Source of the DNA: Malacoraja senta
Lineage: Eukaryota
DNA: 64,000 nucleotides
Assembly (NCBI GenBank): GCA_038087875.1
Contig: CM075982.1
Location: forward strand, 14,508,001 to 14,572,000
Direction: 5' to 3'
The translations under genes and the position numbers were made by a program. Numbering within the stretch: position 1 is the first letter of the stretch; each line of letters starts with the position of its first letter. Positions 37,178-48,806 of the stretch are shown here, piece after piece. The notes beneath the pieces are model-generated. The model worked only from the letters and a program-made list of their open reading frames with translations. It did no database searches and had not been told where the DNA came from.

Positions 37178-37499
37178 ACCTTGTAGTATCATCTTGTTGG
37201 TGATCAAATGGAATCAGAACCTCTGTAAAGTAGGGGGCAGAGGAGCAGGAGGGTGGATTTCAGGATGGGGCATCTCAAGCAGAGGATCCAGCAGGGAGAT
37301 GGTTTCGGAAATCATGGCTCTCATCACCAGCCTTGTGATATTACATTAACACACATAGATTCAGAGGCTGGGGAACTGTGGATCTGCAACCACTGGTCCC
37401 TGCAGCCACAACACCTGATGCAGTACCCATTGTCAGCCCTATTATAGGTCCTCCCTGAACTCCCCACCATGGACATCCCATCCATGCGAACAAGCTCCA

Positions 37500-37707
37500 A
37501 AAAATATGAAGTGCTGGAGGAACTCAAGCGACCTCTGTGGAGGGAATGGACAGGTGAGGTTTCGGGTCAGTACCCTTCTTCAAGATGGCTCCTAACCCAG
37601 AGTGTCATCTGTCCATTCCTGCCAAAGATGCTACCTGACCTGCTGAGTTCCTCCAGCACTTTGTGTTCTTCTCAAAATTCTAGCATCTACAGTCTCTTGT
37701 GTCTCCG
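37500..37707. mobile_element. Fold-back PLE terminal insertion
   Basis: Reverse arm 37500-37585, forward arm about 37592-37707. Confidence 0.75.
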
Positions 37708-37979
37708 GTAAATGTTATTAAATTCAAACACGAACCAGTCTTGAAGAAGAATGTGTTTACAAGTAAACCTCTCTGCGGTAATCAAACACTATTGTCTCTT
37801 CAGAACAGCTTCACCGCAGGAGGCTGCTTGCTTTGAAAATGGATAAGCAATGGCTTCTATTGTAACTTGCACAAGGATGCTGTATTGAACAAAGTAACAC
37901 TAATTGATACTTCAAGCGCATCGAAACCAGCATGTGAGAACGGGACATCCAGTGGGGCATCCTGATTCAGTTTCATTGT

Positions 37980-38146
37980 CGACACAAAATCCTGGAGTAA
38001 GTCAGCGGGTCAGGCAGCATCTCTGGAGAGAAGGAATGGGTGACCTTTTGGGTCGAGACCCTTCTTCAGACCCGACCTAAAACGTCACCGATTCCTTCTC
38101 TGAGTTACTCCAGCATTTTGTGTCCATCTGCAGTTCCTTCATACAT
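37980..38146. mobile_element. Fold-back PLE terminal insertion
   Basis: Reverse arm to 38070 including the hammerhead core, then forward arm. Confidence 0.8.
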
Positions 38147-38209
38147 CAGGGACAGTGACATATTTCCAAGTAGGGATGTGTGCTTGTAGGGATGATATAC
38201 ATCTACATC

Positions 38210-38892
38210 AGGGTGGTGGGGGGAAGGGGGAAACTGCTTTTCGAGTCCCTCCGAGGAGCGCCTTCGACCTGTCCTTGCGGCCTACCAGCGGGTCCTGGAG
38301 CGACGTTTCCCTGAGGGGACCTGGCCAGAACATCGGCTTTGGCGGCGGTGCAGCGCTGGAGCGCTGTCGTGGAGCGGGCGATGCCTTTCCTGGGTCGCCG
38401 CGCTGGAACTCCAGTATGCTGGGACCGCCGATGAGAACATCGTGGAGCAGCGGTTCTGTGGAGCGGCCCAGCTGCGACGCTGAACGGTACATCCCGGAGC
38501 CTGGGATATCTTGCTGAGATCGCCAGTGTGTGGAGCTCCGTCCGGCGCGGTCTGTTGGCTTGGAAGATGCGGTCTTCGGTGGGAAGGTGGTCGTTCCTGG
38601 TACCCCAAGCCGCTGGGGGTTCTCCCGACGCTGGAGCACCATCACCCGGCGAGAACATCGGGCGCCGTGGCGGCGACTGTGGAGGCCTCAGTGGGCCCGA
38701 CTCTGGGTGGACAAGAGGATGGGGACTGGACTTTGTGCCTTCCCCCACAGTGGGAACCACTGTGGGGGGATGTTTTGGTGTTGAACTTCTTTTTAATACT
38801 ATGTTGTATTTTATTAGTGTGCTGCAAGGACATCTGAATTTCCCCTGAATAAGGGGATTAATAAAGTCTAATTCAATTCAATTCAATTCAAT
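38210..38892 (+). mobile_element. GC-rich non-autonomous retroelement with hairpin core
   Basis: G-run+GGGGGAAAC at the start, hairpin 38740-38770, tail AATTTCCCCTGAATAAGGGGATTAATAAAG then (AATTC)n. Confidence 0.75.
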
Positions 38893-40559
38893 CAGTTTTA
38901 TTGTAACTAGTTTAGAGAAGACGATAAATAACTATTCATGTTAATTGGCCCTCATCAACACCATTCATTGTAATACATTGGGGGTATGGTTACTATATCA
39001 TCCCTACAAGCACACATCCCTACTTGGAAATATGTCACTGTTCCTTCATGTTCACAGGGTCTATATCCAGGAAGTCCCCACTAAGCACATTGTGGAAGTA
39101 TCTTCACCAGAAAGACTGCCTCAGTTCAGGAAGGGCTCATCACCTCAAGAGCAGTTAGTGATGGGCAACAAATGCTGGCTTTCCCGGAAATACCCAGATC
39201 CCATAGGATGAGTAAATATTAAAAAATAACCCATTAGCATCATCTTTATTGCAGAATACCAACTAATATTAAGAGGAATTGATTATTTAAAATTAATATT
39301 ATTGATTTTATGCAGTAAATCACAAAAGGATTGGTTTAAGATGGAAGTAAATAGATCACATACACCTAATGAGGTATCGCTGTTTCTCCGGATGTTTGAC
39401 AGTGGAAGACTAATGTTACAAAGAAGAAGCATAGATCCAAAACATTGGAAACTAACTGTTAACCAAACTGAAGTCTAATCATAATCACTATTGGAATACA
39501 TAAAGGCTTGATTCATAACTAAATCGTTCACACTGATGTCATAATTAACTCCAGTGGCTTCAAGTCGACAGTTTCATCACCCCGTCAACCTAACAGTCAG
39601 AATAGTTATCAATTCAAGGAAGCTGCAGATTCCATTACTGGGAAATTCAATCGCAGAGAACAACACCTCCATGATCGTGCCTGGGATACAGGGCCATTGA
39701 CTCCAGGAAATGCTCAGCCAAAGGCCCAATGAGTGATGGAGAAAGACAAGTAAATGTTGTTGGACTTTTGGCTGAATGTTTAAGGACATTTATTATTTAT
39801 CGATGCAACATTGCTTTCAAGTGAATGGCCTTTTGTATTTCAGCAATAAACTAAACGATATCAACAATAATGTACAGTACGTGCTGCACAGTTCTATAAC
39901 TCTACAACTAATTGCCGAGGAATAGAAGGTTACAGACCAAACGTGAGTGAATGGGGTTTGTATAGATAGGTGCATGGACACAGTGGGCTGAAGGGCCAGG
40001 TTCTGTGCTAGATGTTTCTATGAATGCAGCCAATCCTGTCTGGAGGTTAGGGAATGCAGGTGAGACTGATCCTTCTGGATGGTTACTGCTGTGTGTGGTC
40101 ACACACCAACATCTTCTGGCAAGGGAGGGATGTGGATCGGGGTTCTTGTGCTATCTGGGTGCTGCAGTTGTTGTGGTTGCACAACTCGCAATATGTCAGG
40201 ACTGCATTGTTGTGATAGAGAGAGGGTGCCGCAGTGGGCATACACTCAAATGGGGATTGCTGGGGTTTGGGGTGCATCAAAATGGCATTGTCTAAGTCTA
40301 CTATTGCACCTGGTGGGAGTTCGAGTTGTGCATCGATTCACCAACTTTCTCATCATCTGTCTTCCACCTGCCTTGCAACAAAGGAAGGAAATGTGTCTGG
40401 AAATTATTGACGTTCTTGCAGATTGCATCTCAAGACCTGGCTCTTGGATTTGTCTACTGCTCCCACTGCCTTTTAGCATGTGTCTGACCCCTGTAACACA
40501 CTGAACCTCTCCTGTGCTCATCCTCTTTCTCTACTAACATTCCAGAATAGTTCTGCAAC

Positions 40560-40728
40560 TGTGTAGGAAAGATCTGCAGATGCTGGTTTAAATAGAAGGT
40601 GGACACAAAATGCTGGAGTAACTTAGCGGGACAGGCAACATCTCTGAAGAGAAGGAATGGGTGAGATTTCAGGTCAAGACCCTTCTTCAGTCTGATGCTG
40701 CCTGTACCCCTGAGTTACTCCAGCATTT
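40560..40728. mobile_element. Fold-back PLE terminal insertion
   Basis: Reverse PLE end 40560-40692 plus forward GATGCTGCCTG..TTACTCCAGCATTT. Confidence 0.8.
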
Positions 40729-40999
40729 CTCGATGCCAAAATTGGACACTTCCCACAGGACACTCAACACTTGCTCAAAGCCCAGTGCACATTTCCTCAA
40801 GGGTTCACCAAAAGACATGATGCCTCAAACCATTGTGACCTCCAAGCACTCACACCTGAGCCTTCCACACACACTGCTTCCCTGTGACCACCGGAACAGA
40901 AATACTCTCTCAAGCTCTCCAGATGGATTAATTTGCATTGCTAGTGTAATAGTCTTTTTGTTCCAGCCGTAATATCATTTAAACTAATGAACGAAGGTC

Positions 41000-41327
41000 A
41001 CAGAGTCATGGAATATACAGCACAGAAAGGTGCCCTTCGACCCACCATGTCTGCACAGAGCGTGTTGCACCCATTTCCATTACTCCTAACTCATTTTATC
41101 GCCTATCCCCACACCCTCAGATTGTACTATTCACTCAGGGCAGGTTACCTGGGAACAAATACCTTACCAACTAACCTCTTTTGGGAGGAAACCGCAACAT
41201 GTGGGGAAACCCACACGGTCAGAAGGAAAGCATGCAAATTCCACACAAACAGCACTGCCGGTCAGGATTGAACCCAGCACCCTGGTGTTGTGCGGCAGCA
41301 CCTCCACTAGCTGTGCCACTGTGCTAT
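41000..41327 (-). mobile_element. Older tRNA-headed SINE
   Basis: Minus strand GCACAGTGGCACAGCTAGTGGAG..GGTTCAATCCTGACC head and CR1-like tail. Confidence 0.75.
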
Positions 41328-41487
41328 CCTGAAATTATTCAAAGAAAGTAAACAAAACACAACTTTGTTTAATGCCTCCCTGATCCAGTTGGTGACAGTA
41401 TCGGAGTGAGTGACCACTTACAGTCCTTGGACATATTTTCAGCACAAATGTGAGACAGATCCCTCTTCAGCCTGCTGGCTGGTGACC

Positions 41488-41838
41488 TTGGATAGAGTAG
41501 ATGTGGAGAGGATGTTTCCACTAATGCGAGAGTCCAGGACTAGATGTCTTAGCCCAAGAATTAAAGGATGTTCTTTCAGGAAGAAGCTGAGGAGAAATGT
41601 CTTTAGTCAGAGGGTGGTGAATCTGTGGAATTCTTTGCCACAGAAGGCTGTGGAGGCCGTCAGTGGATATTTTTAAGGCAGAGGTAGATAGATTCTTGAT
41701 TAGTACAGGTGTTAGAGGTTATGGGGAGAAGGCAGGAGAATGGGGTTAGGAGGGAGAGATAGATCTGTCATGATTGAATGGCGGAGTAGACTTGATGGGC
41801 CAAATGGCCTAATTCTACTCCTATTCCTTATGACCTCT
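41488..41838 (+). mobile_element. CR1 3' end
   Basis: LDRVDVERMFPL..FSQRVVNLWNSLP; GGGCCAAATGGCCTAATTCT terminus. Confidence 0.9.
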
Positions 41839-42834
41839 AATCGAGTCCCTGGGCAGCATCGTTGCCCGAGTCAGGCCTTCATCCTGGCAACCTCACCATG
41901 GCAGATTTTGAAATAAATTAGCATTCTCATAATACTGTAAATCCCGGAGACACATGCCGGTGATATTAATGGATGGGAAGGAACAGGTTATTTAATCTAA
42001 TCATTGCCCATCACCCTCCCACCAACTGTTAACAACGGAGACAGGGAGACTGACACATGGACGCGGTAAGCAGTTGTTTAATAAATATCAGCATCAGCCA
42101 CTTCAAGGTTCAAGTGTCAGAGCTGAGTCACAGGAATGGAAATTGAAAGTAGCCTGTGGCCGATTAATAAAAAGATAGTGCTTGAGCAGTTTGTCTAAAC
42201 TATTTGTTGCCACTGACGAGTGTTATATGGTCTCTCAAACTGATTAAATTATGGAAATGAGACACAATGAATAATAAAAGTCTATTCTATTATCTGCGTT
42301 GTACTTTGTGGTGAATATAATTATTCGGTCCACACTATCAAGGCCTTTCACCTTCAGAAACACTTTAAGCAAAATAATTTCACATTTGAGACCTTTTTTA
42401 AAGAGTCTGATGGTGAGAAATAAAACAAGGCACACAATGGGCATGGGCAGAGAGACCTTTCTAAACATGTTGTACATGTTTGTATTGTGCAAACATAAGA
42501 GGAAATCTAACACATACACTGACCTCAGATATGAAAGTGGTTTAAATGATCCAACAGCCCTTTGCAATCACATCTCTGCAGTATGATTACTTATCAGCTA
42601 CTTTTATTATGATAATGACAGCCAATTTGAAAATAAGTCTTTCAAAATGTTTCATTACATTTATGGAAATTTAGTATTTTAATAACTGCAGGACAGACTG
42701 TAACAATCTGTAATTCGTGGCACCTCATTAGACACCGTCACCATAGCAATCTGTAACATTGACATGGTGTTTTAATGATGTGGAATATGTTTCTTCCTCC
42801 TTTTTGTGGAAAGCAGAGGTTTATTATTCTGCTG

Positions 42835-43040
42835 GTAGACACAAAATGCTGGAGTAACTCAGCGGGACAGGCAGCATCTCTGGAGAGAAGGAATGTTTCG
42901 GGTCGAGACCCTTCTTCAGCCTGCTACCTTCGATTTAAACCAGCATTTGCAGTTCTTTCCTACACATTTTGTCTGCTCCACTGCAAAATCTCCTCAAGGT
43001 ATGTCTACTTTAAAGAAGTTCTCCTCCTCTCTCCGACGAG
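42835..43040. mobile_element. PLE insertion (inverted plus forward end with 3' extension)
   Basis: Perfect 17-bp TSD GGTTTATTATTCTGCTG at 42818-42834 and 43041-43057. Confidence 0.85.
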
Positions 43041-43725
43041 GGTTTATTATTCTGCTGATGGTTTGATTTTGATTTCAGCATCGCTCTCAGTAACTGGATC
43101 TTGCTTCCACAGTCCTAAATCCAGGCTGCTCCCTTATAGAAAGGAGACTTGAACGAGTTAGATACAGATTTGCTGGATATTCCCATCACACATTAATGCC
43201 TGGAGGGAGCGGAGATTAAAAATGAGGACGATATTGAGAATTTAATTTTAACAAAGATCCATATGGGACTTCTCAACACTATGTCTGTCGTTCATAATAA
43301 AAATATTCTTTAGTCTGGAACAAAAACTATAACATTAAGAACCTCAAGGCATTCCAAAGCAATTTTCAACCTATGAAGCAGTTACTATTATAATGTGGAA
43401 AATGCAATTCCAAATACACTCAGGATCCCAGAGACAGGAATGTGACAATCTGGTTTGTTTAACATTGACCAAGAAACGAGTGAACATCCTTACTGTTTCT
43501 CAGATACTCACGTTAAACAAAGATTGCAGTTTAACAACTTTTTTTTCATTTCTGAAGAGCCATAGAGTGACTGGTGCTGTAAATGTAATTAGTCTTTATT
43601 CAACACAACCATATAGGAAAGAGAACTCAACGTCCATCTATATCTTTGTCCTACGCTTTAATAATAACCGATGATTGAATACAATTTCAATAGTCCTGAT
43701 GCATAGTTTATTGCAATATTTAGTG

Positions 43726-44170
43726 CTGCTCCCGGGTGAGAGACCGCTCCCGCAACGCAACTTCTCCAGCCCGAGTCGCGGGGTTGGAACGACCCGGAGC
43801 GGGGCCGTACATCGCCCGGCGCGGCTTTAATGGCCGCGGGACATTCCAGCGCCCGCCGGGGGCTCCAACTTTGTGACGTTTGAGCCCGGAGCGAGGTCGT
43901 ACATCGCCCGGCGCGGCCTCAACGGCCGTGGGACTTAACATTGCCCGCCTGGGGCTTCAACATCGGGAGAAAAATGGTGCAGGGGAGAGAAAAGTCTTTG
44001 CCTTCCATCACAGTGAGGAGGAGATTCACTGTGATGGATGTTTTCTGTAAATTGAATTGTTTGTGTTTCGTGTAGGAATTGCTTTGTTTGTATGGCTGTA
44101 GAAACGGAGTTTCGTTTGAGCCTCTCTGAGGTTCAAATGACAAGTAATAAAATCTAATCTAATCTAATCT
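43726..44170 (+). mobile_element. GC-rich non-autonomous retroelement, 5'-truncated
   Basis: 11-bp TSD AATATTTAGTG (43715-43725 and 44171-44181); internal ~90-bp duplication; hairpin 44004-44038; (AATCT)n tail. Confidence 0.85.
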
Positions 44171-45399
44171 AATATTTAGTGAACAAATGGTTCCAAGGAA
44201 TTATTTATTTCCAAGGGAGCACATCTTAAGCAACAAGTGTTAAGAAAGGCCAGCTCGCATTAATATTCCGAAAGCTGTAGAGGATGAAACCCAGGAATCA
44301 TTTTCCACAGTGTTGTGAAGGATGACTTTGGATACACAAACATCCAAAGTACTGATTGAGAGAGCAGATATAACTAAAGACACATTTGTTATGCTAAATG
44401 GCAAAATAACTTCCTTGATATTATTCTGAGATTTAAGACAGACCCCCCTTTGTCTAGACATTTGATTCATAGCATCATAGTCACCCAGTGCCGAAACAGA
44501 CCCTTCAGTCTTTCAACTGTGGAACAAGTGTAAATAGTAATTCAGCACCAAAACAGGCCCTTCGGTCCAACTTGCCTATGCTGTCCAAGAAGCCCCATCT
44601 ACAGTAGTCCCGCCTGCCCTTGTTTGGCCCATATCCCTCTAAACCTTTCCTATACATGTACCTACCATGTGCCTTTATAAACGTTGTTATTATACTTGCC
44701 TCAACTACTTCTTCTGGCAGCTCGTTCCATTTACCAAGTCTGTGTGAAAAAGCTGCCTCAGGATCCTATTAAATCTTTCCTCTCTCACCTTAAACCTCTG
44801 GTTCTTGATTTCTCTTACATGAACATAGATATAAAGACTTTCTACAGATGTTTAAAAAAAACATTAACCAAGTGAAGATTGGTCCTTTAGAAAGTGAGTC
44901 CAGGTAAATGATAATGGAAAACAAAAGGACAGTAGATGATTAAATAAGTATTTTGCATTTGTCTTCAACACAGAGGGTACAGTAACATCCCAGAAACAGC
45001 TGTAAATCAGGAAGTGGAAACGAGGGAGCATCACAGAGAAATTACAATCACCAGTGAAAAGCCGCTGAGCTGCAGTCTGATTAGTCTCTGGGTTCTGACG
45101 GAGTGAACCTGCCTGAATCTGAGCCTCCCTCTGCTCTTCACTCATAGCTTGTCCCCTCCATCAAATCATAAAAGTGGGGCAGACGCCAACAACTTGGAAT
45201 AGTGCAGATTTAGATCAGTTTACGGTCAGATACACCAGGGTGGAATGAAATTCATTTTTCATACGAACCTCATCGAGTAAACAGTGTAGCTAAAACAATG
45301 ATAAATACGACAGCAAATACAACACGTGTAAAACAGCAGAATGGAGCAAGATTGCACTCCAAAACCATTGCACAATGTGTGGTTGAGAGTGGGGGTTTG

Positions 45400-47050
45400 G
45401 AGGAAGAGCAATTACAGTCTCATAGGGATCCCTGCTGTTAGGAAATCATCAGATTCAGACCCACATGCTGTCTTGTCTCCCAGGTGGCAGGATACAGAAC
45501 GCCACTGAGAAGGGACGAGATGTTCTGTGAAGGAGAACATGTTGATGAACTACATCAGAGGGAGGGCTTAGCTGTACAAATAGGGGTCCTATAATCAGAC
45601 AGTCGGCTGCTATGAAAGTAGTTTAAAAAGTGGTGCATTGAAGGATATTAGCTATATGGAGATTGGACAAACTTGAATTGTTTTCTCTGGAATGTTTGAG
45701 GTTGAGGAAGTATGCATCGGTTGCATGTTCCAACAAGAAAGAAAATGGACATATCGGTTGGGTTATGTATGGTTAACAGCATAGTTTGGGAGAGAGGGCT
45801 TCAGATGTTTGTAAAGGAGGAAGAAGTTGAAGACGGATGTGTTGCACTTCAATGTAACTGGTTCATTAGCAGGGTTGGGAAGAGTTTAAATTGAATTGGC
45901 GATTGGATCAAACTAGTGCATAGTAATTTAGATAGATTTAGATTTAGATATTTATTTGTTGTCATTTGAACCTAAGTTCAAACGAAATTCTGTTTCTGCA
46001 GTCATACAAACAAGTAAAAAGAACCAAGACACAACACAATTTACACAAACATCCATCACAGTGAATCTCCTCCTCACTGTGATGGAAGGCAAAGTCTTAT
46101 CTCTCCCCTGAACTCCACATTCTCCTCCCGATGTCAAAGTCAAAGCCCCCGGCGGGCGATTGTAGATATGTCCCGCGGCCATTAAAGCTGCACCGGGCGA
46201 TGCAAGGCCACGCTCCGGGTCTTGATGTTGTAGCCCCCGGTAGCGCCAGCAAGTCCCAATGCCACCAATGCCTCGCCGGGCGATGCCAGACCCCGCTCCA
46301 GGTCATCCTCAACCCCGCAACTCGGGCGGGGGTAGCTGCCGTTGCGGGAGCCCCGAAAAGCGGTCTCCCACCATGGACCCGCGAGCTCCCGATGTTACCA
46401 TCCACCAGACCTGCGGCTGAAGCCTCCGAATCTCCGGGGTCGGGTAGCTGCAGCGCGCCATCACAGCTCCTCCCGCTCCGAACTCGGCCAGCTCCACGAT
46501 GGTGAGTAGTCCGCAGGCTCCGCGACTGGAGCCCCAGGTCGTTCCAGTTGGAGGCCGCTCCACGGTGCTAGGCCCCAACGACAACGGAGACCCGACAGAG
46601 AAAGGTCGGGTCTCCCGTGCAGGGAAAAGATTTTAAAAGTTTCCCCCACCCCCACCCCCCGCCCCCCGCCCCCCCACACATACCCAGTTTTTAAAAAAAC
46701 ACTATACAAAATTCAAACGAAACAAAAAATATATAGAAAGGAGGAAAAGGTGCGTAAACAAATGGAAATGTTAGATGGGAGTAGGGAAGGCCATAGAACA
46801 ATGCTCATTCAGCAAACTAAGAGAGACTGTGGAAAGTGCAAAAAAGGATTAGAGAGCCCGTATTGAAATGTACAAAGTACAGTTGATGATCTCCAAATAC
46901 AAATAGCATGTGGGATGACAATGTTGAGAGAATTGGAACTTGGTTCAAAAGACAGGTGGGAGTTAATATTCCAGGATATATCCTGTTCAATAAAGTGAAT
47001 TGAAGAGGGAAAAAATTGGATAACAGTGCTAATTAAGGAAGATAACATGG
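45400..47050 (+). mobile_element. Old CR1 5' part: ORF1 esterase-like and ORF2 endonuclease N-terminal remnants
   Basis: CLPGGRIQNATE, W...WEREGFR, K.DVLH.N..G; then VDDLQIQIA and WELNIPGY-like motifs; interrupted by the element at 45928-46745. Confidence 0.55.
45928..46745 (-). mobile_element. GC-rich non-autonomous retroelement (same subfamily as 43726-44170)
   Basis: Identical hairpin 46052-46086, same tail type with (TCTAAA)n, G-run+GGGGGAAAC near the 5' end. Confidence 0.85.
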
Positions 47051-48077
47051 AAGATATCTAGCTGGCAATCAGAAGGCAATTCTCCAATGATAACCGAGTC
47101 CAGGGTTGCTCCATAATTTGCTGTGCTGAGCAGTCAGATACATGGTGTCTCTGGCCTCTTGGCTTCATGCCAGCCACAACTGACACATCTAGTGCAGGCC
47201 TCTTCATAGGAAAGGATCACTGACCTGCATTAAAATGGTAAGTGGCTTGTTGTTTTTACTTTAATTTAATTCTAATGCTTTTAATCCATTTCCATCAGTT
47301 ACATGTATCTTTAAATGCATTTTCTTTTTTTTTTAAGTCTGTTAATTTTTTTCTGACCGTTTCTAAATTTGTCTACTCATCAGAGGCCTAGAAGAGAGCA
47401 TCTTCAACCAATGCACTCAAAATCGTTCACAATCATTAACATTTTCTGAAGAGGAGGAATTATTGTCACTGCAGATTGTATTTTATAAGGTTGACATTCT
47501 TGTGGAATTGGACTGTGTGTAAACACTGGAGTTACATTTGCCATCAAATACCTGCATCCATTCTTCTTTTGACATTCATAACATATATTACATTCAGGCC
47601 TGCCCAAAGCCTTATGTCGCTCCCACCATTACTTTTGAGTTTCATATGTTATCAAAGAGAGGTGCATCTTCTGCCCTTGCACCGTTATTTTCCCAGTTAA
47701 ACTGATCTGGAAATAAGTTGCTTCCCATGGGCTTGAATTTGTTACGAGTGTTTCTCACTGTATGCGGGGTACATGTTCTAAATTATTCTTATCTTGTGCT
47801 ACGACCGAGGTTTATTCAAAGGCTGGAGTCTGCGGACAATCTTGCTGGAACTGTGCAGAACCCAATGCTCGGCTGGCTGGTCTTTATGTAGTCGCAAGAG
47901 CACCACAAGCCATGTTTGTTACCTCCCTCTCGAGACTTCACATGGCACAATCTGGAGATTTTATTGATTTGCAGGAAAATAGTTAAGGATTAGGGTGGAA
48001 TCTTACTACCTTTAACAGGCAGGTATAATCAAGGGAACTCAGCCCATCCCCTCCCCAAGTCACCCAAACTACCCCCT

Positions 48078-48806
48078 CCCCAGATACCTTCCCCTGCAAC
48101 CGCAGAAGATGCAACACCTGTCGCTATACCTCCTCCTGCGACTCTGTCCAGGGACTATCCTTTCAGGTTAGGCAGAGGTTCAGTTGCACCTCCTCCAACC
48201 TCATGTACTGTATACGTTGTTCAAGATGTGGACTCTTATACATCAGCGAGACCAAGCGCAGACTAAGCGATCATTTCCTGGAAAACCTTCGCTCAGCCGG
48301 TGTGAACCAACCTGATCTCCCGGTTGCCGGACACTCTAATTCTCCTTCCCATTTCCTACACAGACCTTTCTGTTCTTGATCTCCTCCATTGTCAGCGTGA
48401 GGCTAAATGCAAATTGGAGGAACAGCATCTCATATTTCGCTTGGGCAGCTTACAGCCCAGTGGTATGAATATTGATTTATTTCACTTCAGGTAGCCCTGG
48501 CATTCCCTCTCTCTCTATCCCTCTACCACCCGTCGCACGAGCTTCTCGTTTTCACCTTACAAACAGCTTACAATGGCCTTTTTCCTTTATTATCATTACT
48601 TTTTTGCATATCTTTCATTCATTGTTCTTTATCTCGTCACCTCTATATCTCTTGTTTCCCTTATCCCTGACCAACCTGTAAAAGGGTCTAGACCCGAAAC
48701 ATCACCCATTCCTTCTCTCCAGAGTTGCTGCCTGTTCCGCTGAGTTACTCCAGCTTTTTGTGTCTATCTTCGGTTTAAACCAGCATCTGCAGTTCCTTCT
48801 GACACA
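48078..48806 (+). mobile_element. Penelope-like element 3' part: Cys-rich linker, GIY-YIG endonuclease, UTR and terminus (Neptune-like)
   Basis: Manual translation PDTFPCNRRRCNTCRYTSS and FQVRQRFSCTSSNLMYCIRCSRCGLLYISETKRRLSDHFLENLRS, KLEEQHLIFRLGSLQPSGMNID; frameshifted. Confidence 0.9.

Noticed and set aside
37005-37348. ~114-codon stop-free frame containing DVEQ, suggesting a 2A peptide or exon
   Set aside because: No NPGP follows DVEQ, there is no early ATG, and the frame crosses the element tail into unrelated flank.
38155-38848. Many overlapping ORFs on both strands (also 32500-32930 and 46100-46700)
   Set aside because: Expected in GC-rich repeats; no protein motifs and not conserved between related copies.
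40020-40540. ORF cluster, possibly an old LINE or exon (similar cases at 26960-27470 and 52300-52870)
   Set aside because: No motif I can assign with confidence; left unannotated.
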